Shown here piece after piece: positions 9,691 to 20,080 of a stretch of 64,000 bases of DNA. Each line of letters begins with the position of its first letter. Within the stretch, counting starts at the first letter, position 1. Under the pieces are notes generated by a model. The model was not told the origin of the DNA and ran no database searches. It saw only the letters and a list, made by a program, of their open reading frames with translations. The DNA is from Macrostomum lignano (taxonomy: Eukaryota), in assembly GCA_002269645.1 (NCBI GenBank), contig NIVC01002709.1:146780-210779 (forward strand), written 5' to 3'. A program made the position numbers and the translations under genes.

Positions 9691-10626
9691 GGGCTCTTCT
9701 ATCTCCTCCTCAATGGCTTCATCGTCAACGGCATCATCGTTGAGCTCCTTCGCAATGTTGTGTAGGACACAGCAAGCGACAATAAATGTCGGAACTCTTT
9801 CCAACCGGACACGGCACATGTATTTGAGGATCGGAAAACGTCGTTTTAATTGCCGAAATGTATTCTCAATTACGACTCGCGCCTCTGAATGTCGCTTGTT
9901 GAAGTACACTTCGTCTGGTGCTCCAGGATTCCGGAATGGCTTCGTGAGGAAGGGTGTGATGCCGTAGCCCTCGTCTCCTAGTAGCACTATCCCTGTTCTA
10001 TTCGACAGGTCTGCGTAGATGTCCGGATTTTTAGGAATGCGATTATCGTGAACAGACCCTGGCCAAGACGCGTCAATACTAGTAAACATGCACTTCTCGT
10101 TCGTTGTGGCCTGCACATTTAAGGAGGCATACCCTTTTCGGTTCACGTACTCATTGCCAATAACACCAGCAGGCTTCTCGATCTGCACGTGTGTGCAGTC
10201 AATCACTCCAATGGCAGACGGGTATTTGTACTTGTCAAAGAAGCTCCGCTTGGCTTCTTGAATGGTTTGTGGTGACTCAGTTGGCCACTTAATGAACGAT
10301 TGTGCTTCGCCGTAGATAGCTTGTACAACTTGCCATGCCGTTTTAGAAACAGTCATCTGGTGTATGCCAAACTCACGAGCTACGCCAGTCTGAAAGCCTG
10401 GATTGGCGAGATATCTGAGAGCCACCTCCATGCGTTCAACAGGTAGAAGTGCACCATCACGCGTTTCACGACCAGTGCCAATGAATCTTTCCGCGAGAGC
10501 TTCTACACTATTTCGATGAAAGCGAAACAGACGCCGGTATTCGTCGTCCCGATACACATCTGAGTGATGACGCTCCAAATACAGTTTCCGCCGAGCAGGC
10601 GCTACATCAGGCATGTATTCGGCCAT
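9691..10626 (-). pseudogene. Harbinger (HARBI1-like, DDE_Tnp_4) transposase, N-terminal 312 codons
   Basis: ATG 10626; IGVIDCTHV, RKGYASLNVQA, WPGSVHDNRI, LLGDEGY, IENTF, CCVLHN motifs. The listed 372-aa ORF is chimeric because it reads on into the LINE after ..EEEIEEP. Confidence 0.92.
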
Positions 10627-10924
10627 GCTCCAGAGTTTGAAAATCTCAAGAAAAGCTTTAGCTTTAGCTTTTAGGAGTTTAGCTTTGACGATTTATCTGC
10701 TTTTTACACTGCTACTCGTTCTTGAGTCTGCCAGGAGGCTGCCTCAACGTTTTCTGAGCAATTGCTCAGAAATTAAGTTTATGGTAGCAGTTTTATTCTT
10801 ATTGACCTGAGAAATGGCTCAATCTCAGAGTATTATCAGAGTATGAGCAATTTCTCAGTTTATTCATACAGGCCCGAGTAAATGCTTGAGTTGGAGCAGT
10901 TGCTCATTTTATTCATATGACCTA

Positions 10925-11135
10925 GTGTCCGTGAATCCAGAACCAACAGTTCTGGGTATTCAGATAGGTCATACAAGTCCTTCCGCGTCAAAAGGTCCTG
11001 ATAAAAGTCTACTGTTTCAGTGTTCAGGATCAAGCTGTCTGTGTCTGTATACAGAAGCTTTATTTTATTCCCATATTTCACCTTCATGTAGAACTTGTAC
11101 ATTAAACTTTTAATTGATTCGTCAAGAATGCCACA
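10925..11135 (-). pseudogene. Polinton protein-primed DNA polymerase B fragment
   Basis: GILDESIKSLMYKFYMKVKYGNKIKLLYTDTDSLILNTETVDFYQD..YDLSEYP contains the PolB YxDTDS motif. Boundaries approximate. Confidence 0.8.
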
Positions 11136-11272
11136 CACGGACCGCCTGCGCACTCCTCAGCTCTCAGCACAGTAGTAAACCGACTGGAAGGAATAAAATT
11201 GCTGTTGAGTTGATCTCACATGAAATGCCTGCTTCATGCAAACAGAGTCTCACGTTGGGGTCAGGCGGCTTG
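11135..11272 (-). pseudogene. Remnant of a further paralog of the lectin/Ig receptor gene (last intron and terminal exon only)
   Basis: Aligns by eye with 13681-13815 and 32311-32450 (KPPDPN|gtgaga..ttccag|SVYYCAES*). Homology stops at a fold-back junction. Confidence 0.75.
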
Positions 11273-12411
11273 GTAGAGCCGCCTGACCAGCAGATGACAG
11301 CGACTTGTCAGTAGTGCACAGCCAGACTCTGGATTAGAAACCCCTCAGGCCAGCGCTGGCTGTCAGGGCTGTGCTCACTCGCTCATCTCTCTGGCAATTT
11401 AAAATCAGCCAGGTTAAAATTGCACAGAACTCACTGCCGCCCGCTGACAACTTTCTCTCTCATGAGCACACCTCTTCTGAGCACATCTCTCCTGAGCACA
11501 GCTCTCAGCCCTCATCGCACCTTCTCTTTCCCCACTGTTTCGACATGACACGACATCCCCATGACTACAATCCAACTCTCATACAGAATCTGACAGAAAC
11601 CTTGGTACCCTGGATTCGCTCAAGCGATCGCTGTAGGACTTCGTGAAGACATACACTGAATCCCAAATACTAACAGAAAGGCTCTTCATCACGTAGTCTA
11701 GAGCACCTTCACACTGCTACAGAAGGCGTTAGTTAGCCAGACTTTATGTACATCATGTCCCAAATACCGCTTAGGTCACGACAGTCGTTTGCTTTTGTCG
11801 GAGGCGATGAAAGGCATCCTTTATGGCGGTTCCTTTTTCAATGACAAATTCAAACGACTCGAGCCTGACTAACTGAAGAACGAAGCCGGATTCTACACTT
11901 ACTACTGTCTATATTATACTGTCTTTCATTTTCAGACTATGTTCACATCCTCATCAGTTGCTACAGTGCTGCCAGAATCTCGACTATTGACTGTTTTCGG
12001 AAACAGTCAGTCAGCTGTGCATTTTAAGCAATCGAGAAGCTAAACTAAGAACATCAAGTCGGTCAGGAAGTCAAAGTTTTACCGAATGAGTTGCTATATA
12101 CGCTCCTGATTTGTCTGTGGCGTTTCCAACTATTGAATATATGGATTGCACCGCTTGCATGCGATGAACCGCACTGGAGGTAAACAAGCCACGTTTTGCA
12201 TTGCTGCAGCCTTCAGCACGCTGCTATAGATAGGTGCCAATCTTTCAAATGGGAATCGAATAGAATTTTAATCGCGGCAATTTGATAAATTTATTGCCAA
12301 TATGGCATAAAATTAAAATTAATTAAAATTGAAGCCCGGATCAGATTGTACATTCACTGTGCACGAAACAATGCAAAATGCACAGAAGTGTTCTGTCTGA
12401 ATGAACTTTAA

Positions 12412-12983
12412 TGCACCATTTGCCTCCTTCTTTGAGCAAGGTCTTGTTCAAAAGAGACAAGCAGGACCTCAATTCAAACGCTTTAAGAAACCTCAGCGCC
12501 TGCGGAAATTCAATTCAAACAAAGTCCCACTCCATTGAAACAGACGAAATTCAAACCAGACTGTCTGAGGCCAAAACTGTCCCCGAGTGACGGGCTTGAG
12601 CAGATTGGAAATTCAAAACAAACAAAGTTACATTCTATTCCGACAGAGAGATAAAACACAACATATCTATGAACAAAAAAGTAAAATTTAAAACAGGAAC
12701 AAATCGGTGTCCGGCGGTCAACTTGAGCCACCTAACGATCAATAACCTGGTTCTGCCACCATGATGAACAAGAATGTAACTTTGTCTCTTTCAAATTTCA
12801 AATCCGCTCATGCGCATTACTCACGGACAGTTTTGGCCACACACAGTCTGGATTGAAGTTCGTCTGTTTCAATAGAATGTGACTTTGTTTGAATTGAATT
12901 TCCGCAAGCGCTGAGGTTTCCTAAAGTGTTAGAATTGAATTCCTGCTTGTCTCTTTTGATCAAGACCTTGGTAAAATGGTGTA
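12412..12983. mobile_element. Non-autonomous element with long (~200 bp) imperfect terminal inverted repeats (MITE/foldback)
   Basis: 12437-12630 (CAAGGTCTTGTTCAAAAGAGACAAGCAGG..) is the reverse complement of 12772-12970 (..CCTGCTTGTCTCTTTTGATCAAGACCTTG). Absent from the homologous sites near 28740, 45600 and 61310. No clean TSD seen. Confidence 0.75.
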
Positions 12984-13199
12984 GAAACAAACTTTTATTT
13001 GAAATTCAAGAGAAAGCAAGAGAAAAACTGAGTAACCAACAGAAGATAATGCGTTTATGAAACCAGTTCGCTACACTGTGCGAGTCCTTGATTAAGTTAA
13101 AATATAAAATATATGACAAAGCAATAATACTTCTGTGAAAGAATAGCAGCTGAAAACCCCGTGTCAAAACAAGGATAATATCAATGTAACAATTAATTA

Positions 13200-13478
13200 C
13201 ACCTGTTCTAATGGGCACATGCGCAACCGACAGCTCAGCCGCAGCTATTGCGCGGCGCATCAGAAGGCTGCGTACGGCTGTTCAGTCCAAGGACTGGGGG
13301 TCGCCACACACCTCATTTACCCCAGCTAATGCTGGCACCCATTTTACAGCTGGGTGAACTGAAGCATTGCAGAGTTACAAGTGTCTTGCTCAAGGACACA
13401 AATTGTTCCGAGTGGCTCCAGAATCGAACCCCTGACTTTTCAGTCGTGAGTCCGACGCTCTGACCGCTAGGCGACAAC
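13200..13478 (-). mobile_element. tRNA-derived SINE
   Basis: Minus strand begins GGTTGTCGCCTAGCGGTCAGAGCGTCGGACTCACGAC..GGGGTTCGATTC (A- and B-box-like), followed by a GTGTCCTTGAGCAAGACACT..CCCAGCTGTAAAATGGG body like conserved SINE core domains. 3' end approximate. Confidence 0.8.
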
Positions 13479-13702
13479 CAACTCAAAGCAAAGAGAATGT
13501 TTTAAAAAAGTGTTGCCTGCTGTACACAGCAGTTGGAAACCTCGGGAAAAAAACTCTTCGAATAACTCTGGGTTAATAAACAATAAAAAGTTGCTGTCTA
13601 ATAAATAGACCAATGCAGTGAACCGGAGGCAGCAGCAGCAGCAGCAGCCCATTACTGCTCCTAGAAGTCATCGAAGGCCACACGAACCGCTTGCCGGTCT
13701 CC

Positions 13703-16700
13703 TCAGCTCTCAGCATAGTAGTAAACCGACTGGAAGAAATAAAAGCTTCTGAGTTAATCTCACCTGAAACACCTGCTTAATAAAAACTGAGTCTCACGTT
13801 GGGGTCGGGCGGCTTGGCAGCAGCCAGCAGCTCCACGGCCGCTCCTTGGCTGGTGACGCCAGCGGAGGCGGCGGCTGCTCGGGTCCGCTTCAGCACCGCG
13901 GCAGTCGCTGCGCCGCCCACTGCGACGGCTGCGGCCACCAAGCAGCTGATGACGACTGTCAGCAGCACACCGCTGTCAGAACTGCTTCTGCTTTTGGCGC
14001 TCGCTGAAGAACAAAATGTACTTTGTGAGCAGTGATCGAACCCTGTGAGCATTCTCACACAAACCAAAACTTGAATGCTCACGGAACACGGCTCGAACAG
14101 TCCTCGAGCTCTTCACCGGTGAGAACACAGCGCCGAGACCGGGCCAGCTCTGGCTGATCAGACACGTCACAGTGACCTCATCCTGTCGCTCAAAGAACTG
14201 GTGAGTCAGTCGAGCTCTCCGAATCCAGCCTCCGTGGCTGCCTCTGAGATCGGGCTCAGGAGTGAGCTGCTCAGTAACATCGAAGGTCAAGTAGAGGGCC
14301 GTGAGTTATGACATTGAGAATGCATGTACAGCAATGATGGACAGCAGCTTTGGTAGCAGCAAACATGAACTCACTGTGAGTCCTTCAATGCTGACTGTGT
14401 CGGACTTGATGGAGCAGTGCAGCTCGGGCCTCGGGTTTCCCTCCTGTGTCTGTCCCAGCAGACTCAGCTCAGAGCCGTTCAGCAGCTGGCCAGTCCAACC
14501 GATGCTGTTCGAAGGAACTGCAAGACAGTGCAATGACAGTTTTGCCTTCCATTTTGGTAAGTTACGTCGGGCTTGAACCTGTAGCTAGTGCATGCTTTCT
14601 GCTAGAATTTCGAGAGGTTCCTTCCTACTCACAGAACACAGTAATGTTTTGTACGAAATGTTACTCATTATCTCGCTTATCTATCACGTCTCCGCACATC
14701 ACGGAGCGTCCGTTAATTCGCAAACAGCGTAGCGGGTCAGGGTTCCCGATACCATAATCTTTGGTCCTATTCAAGTACAAGCTAACAACAGGCACCATTG
14801 CCACAGCATCAATTAAAGGCTTAAAATTCAAAACGGGAATAAATCATTGTGTTCAGAGCTCGGTGCAGGTCTCAGTCATTGGTTCCATGAGTTGAATGCT
14901 CAATAAGGATAAGGATAAAGATTCGTTTTTTACCCATCGCGAAAAGGTATATCATTGATGCATAATTCATTTCTGTCGACTGACAGTCTATGCCTCTAAA
15001 CAGATTAAATAATAAATCAACAATGAAATGGAACAAAGTGTAATTCACAAGTACGTTTCAATTGACACACCTGCAACAGGGCTCAGCAGGTAATTACTTA
15101 CTTATTGTAACAAGTATGAAGCTGAAAACTCACAATAGACAGTAACGTTCTGTGTGAATCTGCCATCCACATCTTCGAGGCCATGCTGAGAGACCCTGCA
15201 CTCCAAGGAGCCTCCGTTCATCTGCCTTGTGGAACTCCAGCTGAACTCAGATTCCACCAGCGTCTCAACGCCTAGATTTTGAGCCTCGGGGGTGTTTTGG
15301 GCCCTGGTCATGCTGGTGCTGAGACCCTCGGCTGTCCGCAGCCAGCACCGGTGACTGGGCTCAGGGTTGCCACCAACTGACCGAACTGAGACTGACACGG
15401 GCTCGCCCTCCTTCATCACCAGAGGCTGAGTTGCATTCCATGAGCTGCTTGACGCGTCTGTTTTCGTGCAGGTGCGAGCATGGATGGCTAATTGTCTCAG
15501 CAATCTGAGTTGCTAATAGATCAGAGATGCTGAACTGCAATCCACTCACATGACACATCGAGTTGCTCACTGCTGACATTCTGATTGAATACAAGTGTGC
15601 CGTCTGTACGAGTCTGAGCGACCTGGCAGATGACTCTCATCTGGTTGTGGCTGGCCGATGCATTGAGTCGCCACACTGATGAAGCATTTGACTCAGATGG
15701 CAGCTGGAGTCAACAGAGTCAGTAATTTATAAATTTATGCATAATTTTTGCATTGACAATTCACAGTGAGTAACTCACTCTGAGCTGTTTCAGATTGGCT
15801 CCACCGATTGAGCAGAAGTGCTGAGCAGGCGGATTTCCTGTTTCCAGAGTCTGCAGGGTGACTTGAGCTTCTCTTCCACTGCGGATTCGTCCAGGAGGCA
15901 GCTTGATTGACAGGCCGGAGCTGCGGTCTGAAATGCAGTTCGGTATGGCAGTCAGGTGAGCTGCATTGGATCTAACTGGTGAACTGGTTCCGCATTGGAT
16001 CTAACTGGTGAACTGGTTCCGCATTGGATCTAACTGGTGAACTGGTTCCGCATTGGATCTAACTGGTGAACTGGTTCCGCATTGGATCTAACTGGTGAGC
16101 TGGTTCCGCATTGGATCTAACTGGTGAACTGGTTCCGCATTGGATCCAACTGGTGAGCTGGTTCCGCATTGGATCTAACTGGTGAACTGGAGAACATGCA
16201 TCCAAGAACAAACAGAAGTACATGGACACTTACACAGAACTGCAGGCAGCTCGCGACGAGCCGTTACATCGAACAGTCCTGACTGGTTCACCCGACACAA
16301 AATTGATGCTGAGCTTCCCCAGCTCCTGCTCACAGTCACTGAGAATGTGCTGCTTGAGTTCGTGCTCTGAAAAGAGTCAGTTTTCACAGCTAAATTTCAG
16401 ATCATTGTTGCCATGCACCCAATACACAGGTGCAACCATGGGCCAGTGTGAGACTCACTGACAGCAGCTGAAGCGCTGTGTTTCCATTTCGCTGTGACTG
16501 CACAGAGCAGCTGTGGCTGATTGGCATCCAGTAGCAACCCGGTGTGTCAGCTGTCAGATTGACGGCTGCTCCGTCTGTCCAGCTGGTGTTTGCGGGGAGC
16601 AGAAAGTGAGTGGTGCAGGGCTCTGGAAGGGTTTGAGTAGTGAGTGGTGCAGGGCTCTGGAAGAGTTTGAGTAGTGAGTGGTGCAGGGCTCCGGAAGGGT

Positions 16701-18465
16701 TTTAGTAGTAAGTGGTACAGGGCTCTGGAAGAGTTTGAGTAGTGAGTGGTGCAGGGCTCTGGAAGGGTTTGAGTAGTGAGTGGTGCAGGGCTGTAAGCCT
16801 GGGTTTGTAAGCCTGACTCACTGGCTGACTACACACCCAGTGTGTGCGAAGTGCCAATCGCAGTCCCACCGTTGCAGCTGTGTCGGCACTTTAAAGCCGC
16901 CCCGTGCATTTCCATTTGCACTGTAAAAGTTCTCAGAATCAGAGAGCTGGCCATGACCTCCCTCTGCAATGCGAACGCCCACCGGTGCTGTTAATTCCCA
17001 TATCTGGTGCAAGCTCAAGTATTTATCTCAATCGAACTCTTACCGAACTCAACTCCAAGAGGTCACTGCCTTTCCGCATTCTGATGCTGCAGTTTGATGC
17101 AGCAGGTGCTCTGCAGTTTCCTGGCAGCCGAGCTCGAATCATCACTTTCTCATTGAGCTTGAGCTGAGACAAGTCTTCCACAAAGCATCCCCTGGGTTGT
17201 TCTTTACAGAAGTCAGCTGGAGAGCAGCCAGAGCTGCTGTCTCTGTTACGCTGAAAGCAGTCACTTTTCTCAATTTCAAGCAGCACAAAGTTCATCATCT
17301 TGTCAGTCTGATTGGCCACGAACTTCCTCAGCAGCACATACTGCGCCATCTGCAATGCGATGCTGCAACACTGCGAATTCCAATATTGAAAGAGTTGCAG
17401 CAACTGGGTGACAAACCTTGCCATCGGCCTCAGCTGAGCAGGTCACTTCATGCACCAAGTGCGACCTGAGTGAACTGCTGCTGTCATTTCTGGTGAAGCC
17501 GCAGTGTTGTGATCCGGACAGACTGTGACTGAAAGCGGCTGCAGTGCAGTTGGGTGCATCCTCATCCAGACCGGCTGGCTTCTCCTCACTGAGCAGCACT
17601 TCGATGCCCAGGGCTCTGTGGCTGGCTGAGAAAAGTTTAGTGAGCAAAATCTGATTTCAAAATATCGTTCAGATTGATACTGAAATATGCGTAGGACTCA
17701 CCCTCCTGTCTCCCATAGACAGTGATGGAGCGCACTGGGACACTTCGGGTCAGCTTCAGCAGCAGCCACTGGTAGCCGGAGGGGTCCGGAGTGTCGCTGG
17801 TAAGAAAATAGGCCCATTGCCCCGGCTTGTCCATTGATCTGATGAAGCAATCGCAGAATGCGTGATTGAAGACAGACGATTGCCAGGCATTGGCGATCTC
17901 AGCTCTGGAGACCTTGATGGCACAGCCTATGGATGTGGAGGTTCAACAACTTCGAAATATGACCTGTTATGAGACCATTTTGCGTTGTTTACGCTTTTGT
18001 CACAGTCAGCCAATTAGATAGAACTGCACGTAAGTCAACTACAACTCCATGGACATTTGCTCCATGGACAGCTAAAGCAGAAGAAAGTTTTCAGTGTTTT
18101 TTTAACTTCTGAACTTCTGGATTCAAAATATAGCAAGTATGCCTTGTGTCCGAGGTACGCTCACCAGTTTACCAGTACGATTTCACTGGAACTGCTACCG
18201 GAGACCGGCAGATAAACACACAGTTTCAGTGAACGAAATCTCAGCTGTTTCTGGTTGTAGTGTGCAAATTCTCCCCACAGAATTTCCCAATGGCGAAACC
18301 TCATCCAGAGCTTAGTTCTCAAAAACTGAAAACTTTCAATCCCACTAATCAGCATCAGCAAAAATAATTGAATTCTTTAAGGAGAAACAGTCGTAGTCAC
18401 TTACTGTTACTTATACAGTACGAAATGATTGCAAGGCACAGAAGTTCCTTCATGTGGACAGTCAT
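13703..18465 (-). CDS. Copy A: 14-exon type I membrane protein (~808 aa): signal peptide, F5/8C/F-type-lectin-like domain, ~5 atypical Ig-like domains, TM, short tail
   Basis: Exons 18465-18405, 17926-17702, 17625-17417, 17349(or 17370)-17044, 17003-16822, 16582-16459, 16366-16234, 15927-15779, 15703-15550, 15457-15134, 14517-14375, 14266-14083, 14003-13798, 13729-13703. All introns GT-AG, all phases compatible, no internal stop. SP MTVHMKELLCLAIISYCISNSCA; lectin-like AWQSS..QWLLLKLTRSVPVRSITVYGR..AQYVLL..LLEIE; C2-set-like GGNPEP..LECRVSQHG; TM GVLLTVVISCLVAAAVAVGGAATAAVL-KR; tail ..PPDPNSVYYYAES*. Confidence 0.8.
15961..16190 (+). repeat. 29-bp intronic minisatellite (GCATTGGATCTAACTGGTGAACTGGTTCC), intron 7 of copy A
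   Basis: About 8 head-to-tail units; about 9 units at 34496-34748 and 51356-51608. Confidence 0.95.
16606..16792 (+). repeat. 34-bp intronic minisatellite (AGTGAGTGGTGCAGGGCTCTGGAAGGGTTTGAGT), intron 5 of copy A
   Basis: About 5.5 units; one unit fewer at 35168-35322 and 52028-52182. Confidence 0.9.
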
Positions 18466-18565
18466 ATCGCAGAGCTGTACTTTGTAAAATAACAATTTTA
18501 CATATAAGCTGCTGCTAGCAACAGCTGTGGTATCGCTGGGCCTCCCAACCTTAGTCGAGCCGATG

Positions 18566-18692
18566 TTTATAGGAAAGCGGCAGGGCTGCGTGTGGAGGCG
18601 GAAATGCAGCCGCAGCCCATAGGCTGGAAGAAGATTGGCTGGCTCTGGCTGGCTGCAAAACAGGCAAGCGAGGTGCGAGATTGGAGGCCAAT
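18566..18692 (-). promoter_or_regulatory. Putative core promoter of the lectin/Ig gene (TATA plus CCAAT boxes)
   Basis: Minus-strand TATAAA at 18566-18571, ~100 nt upstream of the ATG. CCAAT at 18634-18638 and ~18680, and an inverted CCAAT at ~18688. Retained in copies B (~37097-37223) and C (~53963-54103). Confidence 0.5.
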
Positions 18693-18919
18693 GAGGCTGG
18701 CGAAGATGGCGGAATCAGCAGCTTCTCTCAGCAGTGAGGGGCTTGAAGAAATGTGAGTACAGAAGATCCTCATTCATTTTCTGCCTGCCTGGGGGGTCTT
18801 TCTCAAAAGCAACTTATGATCGGCCATAGACGTAAGTTGGGGAGGAAGTGCCTGTGCTATAGAATCAAGAGTAATTTTAAGAGCTAGGAGGCTCCTTTAA
18901 GGAGACCATTTTAGGAGAC

Positions 18920-19114
18920 CAGTGGCGGATCCTGGGGGGGGGGGGCAAGGGGACCATGGCCCCCCCTCAGCTGCCTCGAAAAAAATTCTGCTCTTGGCCT
19001 TTGGCCCCCTTCTACCAGTAAGTAAAGAAAGGGCTTGGGCCTTGGGGTGGGTTCCTACTCGGGGCAGTATGAAAAAAGTTGGCCCCCCTCAATAAATTCC
19101 TGGATCCGCGCCTG
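18920..19114. mobile_element. hAT-type MITE with 8-bp TSD
   Basis: Ends CAGTGGCGGATCC / GGATCCGCGCCTG; TSD TAGGAGAC at 18912-18919 and 19115-19122. The empty single-copy site is seen in the third unit at 54282-54289. Confidence 0.9.
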
Positions 19115-19582
19115 TAGGAGACCTCATAAAGGTTTCTGCAAGTGCTAAAGAATAAGGATTGAGGAGTTGGAGCTACTGTGGGTGCTGGGTGTTGCCGTTT
19201 CGGAGTGAATTTTAGGAGTGCGTGTCCTATAGAAGGAGCGAATTTCATTTCTAGCTCCTAACTCCGATAGTTAAGATTTCAAGGGCCAAATTGTACTCTT
19301 AGGTTAGTAGGAGTGTCTTTTTGTCATGTTTCGGACAGTGACCTGGGCTCTGACGATAAAGAAGCCAACGTTTGGCGACCCAGGCAATTCAGGCAAAGGA
19401 TAAACTCTTCGAAGAATTTCGTACTGCATCTCGATTTCGGCTCAATAAGAGTCAACGCCAATTTCAACAAACATGTTGCATCTTAAAGCATCACGAATCA
19501 GCTTAGATTCCGACATGTACTATTTTCTGTGAGCTGTTTTGCTGAGCACAATATTTACCACTTTTATGGTCTCTAATAGCAC

Positions 19583-20080
19583 TCTAAGTACGGCGTGGTG
19601 GTCGAGCTAATGAAAAACAACGACTTTCTAGTCAAGCTGACCAGCGGCCGGGTTCTTCGGAGAAACCGAAAGTTCCTACGGAGAAGGTTTCCAGCACATG
19701 CGGCGGAAGCTCGCTACCAGCCCAATACTGGCCCTGCGGACTCGCAAGGTACGAATGGAGCCAGAGGGCCGGAAGGACGATCAAGACCGTGGCATACGAG
19801 AAACCGTCGGCCACCCAACAGGCTTCAGATTGACCCCCGCAAAAGTTCGTACGACTGACTGACAAGAAGTCACATTGTAACTGAAGGGGGAGGTGTTGTG
19901 TATGAGTGTGCATATGCATGTGTGTGACACTGAAGCTTGGGCTATACTCGTATGAATATTACTGTCTATGGTATAAATACACGTGACGGCCTAGAGAGAC
20001 GGCCATGCCCTCTGAGCTTTAGTTTCATCAGACCGCGCGCTATAGAAGATATAACCCTCTCGGCTTCGCGATATATAACA
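19583..20080 (+). mobile_element. 3' end of a Gypsy LTR retrotransposon (integrase C-terminus, PPT, 187-bp LTR)
   Basis: ..LVKLTSGRVLRRNRKFLRR..RNRRPPNRL..; PPT GAAGGGGGAGG at 19883-19893; LTR TGTTG..TAACA at 19894-20080. Absent from the third unit (junction 54750/54751). Confidence 0.85.

Larger units (their letters stand above)
4356..10922. mobile_element. PIF/Harbinger DNA transposon (two convergent genes), left end missing, interrupted by a LINE
   Basis: Myb/SANT-like gene on + and DDE transposase on -, the two-gene layout typical of Harbingers. TIR-like right ends at ..TTTATTCATACAGGCC (~10875) and ..TTTATTCATATGACC (~10922). No matching left TIR found. Confidence 0.8.

Noticed and set aside
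11259-11310. Hairpin as a Helitron 3' end
   Set aside because: There is no CTRR terminus at the expected distance downstream, and one arm belongs to the receptor-gene remnant.
11400-11540. Possible extra exon (GTGAGT donor on the minus strand at ~11412)
   Set aside because: No homology to the other units, no convincing acceptor or domain; it cannot be supported without transcripts.
13415-13478. tRNA gene
   Set aside because: Only the A/B-box head resembles a tRNA; there is no acceptor stem closure, and it continues into a SINE body that is diverged between copies.
15961-16190. 29-bp, 32-bp and 34-bp repeats as possible CRISPR arrays
   Set aside because: Units are head-to-tail with no unique spacers, there are no cas genes, and the context is eukaryotic introns.
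18161-18361. 66-aa ORF conserved in all three units as a possible extra exon
   Set aside because: It lies in intron 1; no acceptor/donor pair gives a stop-free phase 1-1 exon, and its conservation is explained by recent duplication.
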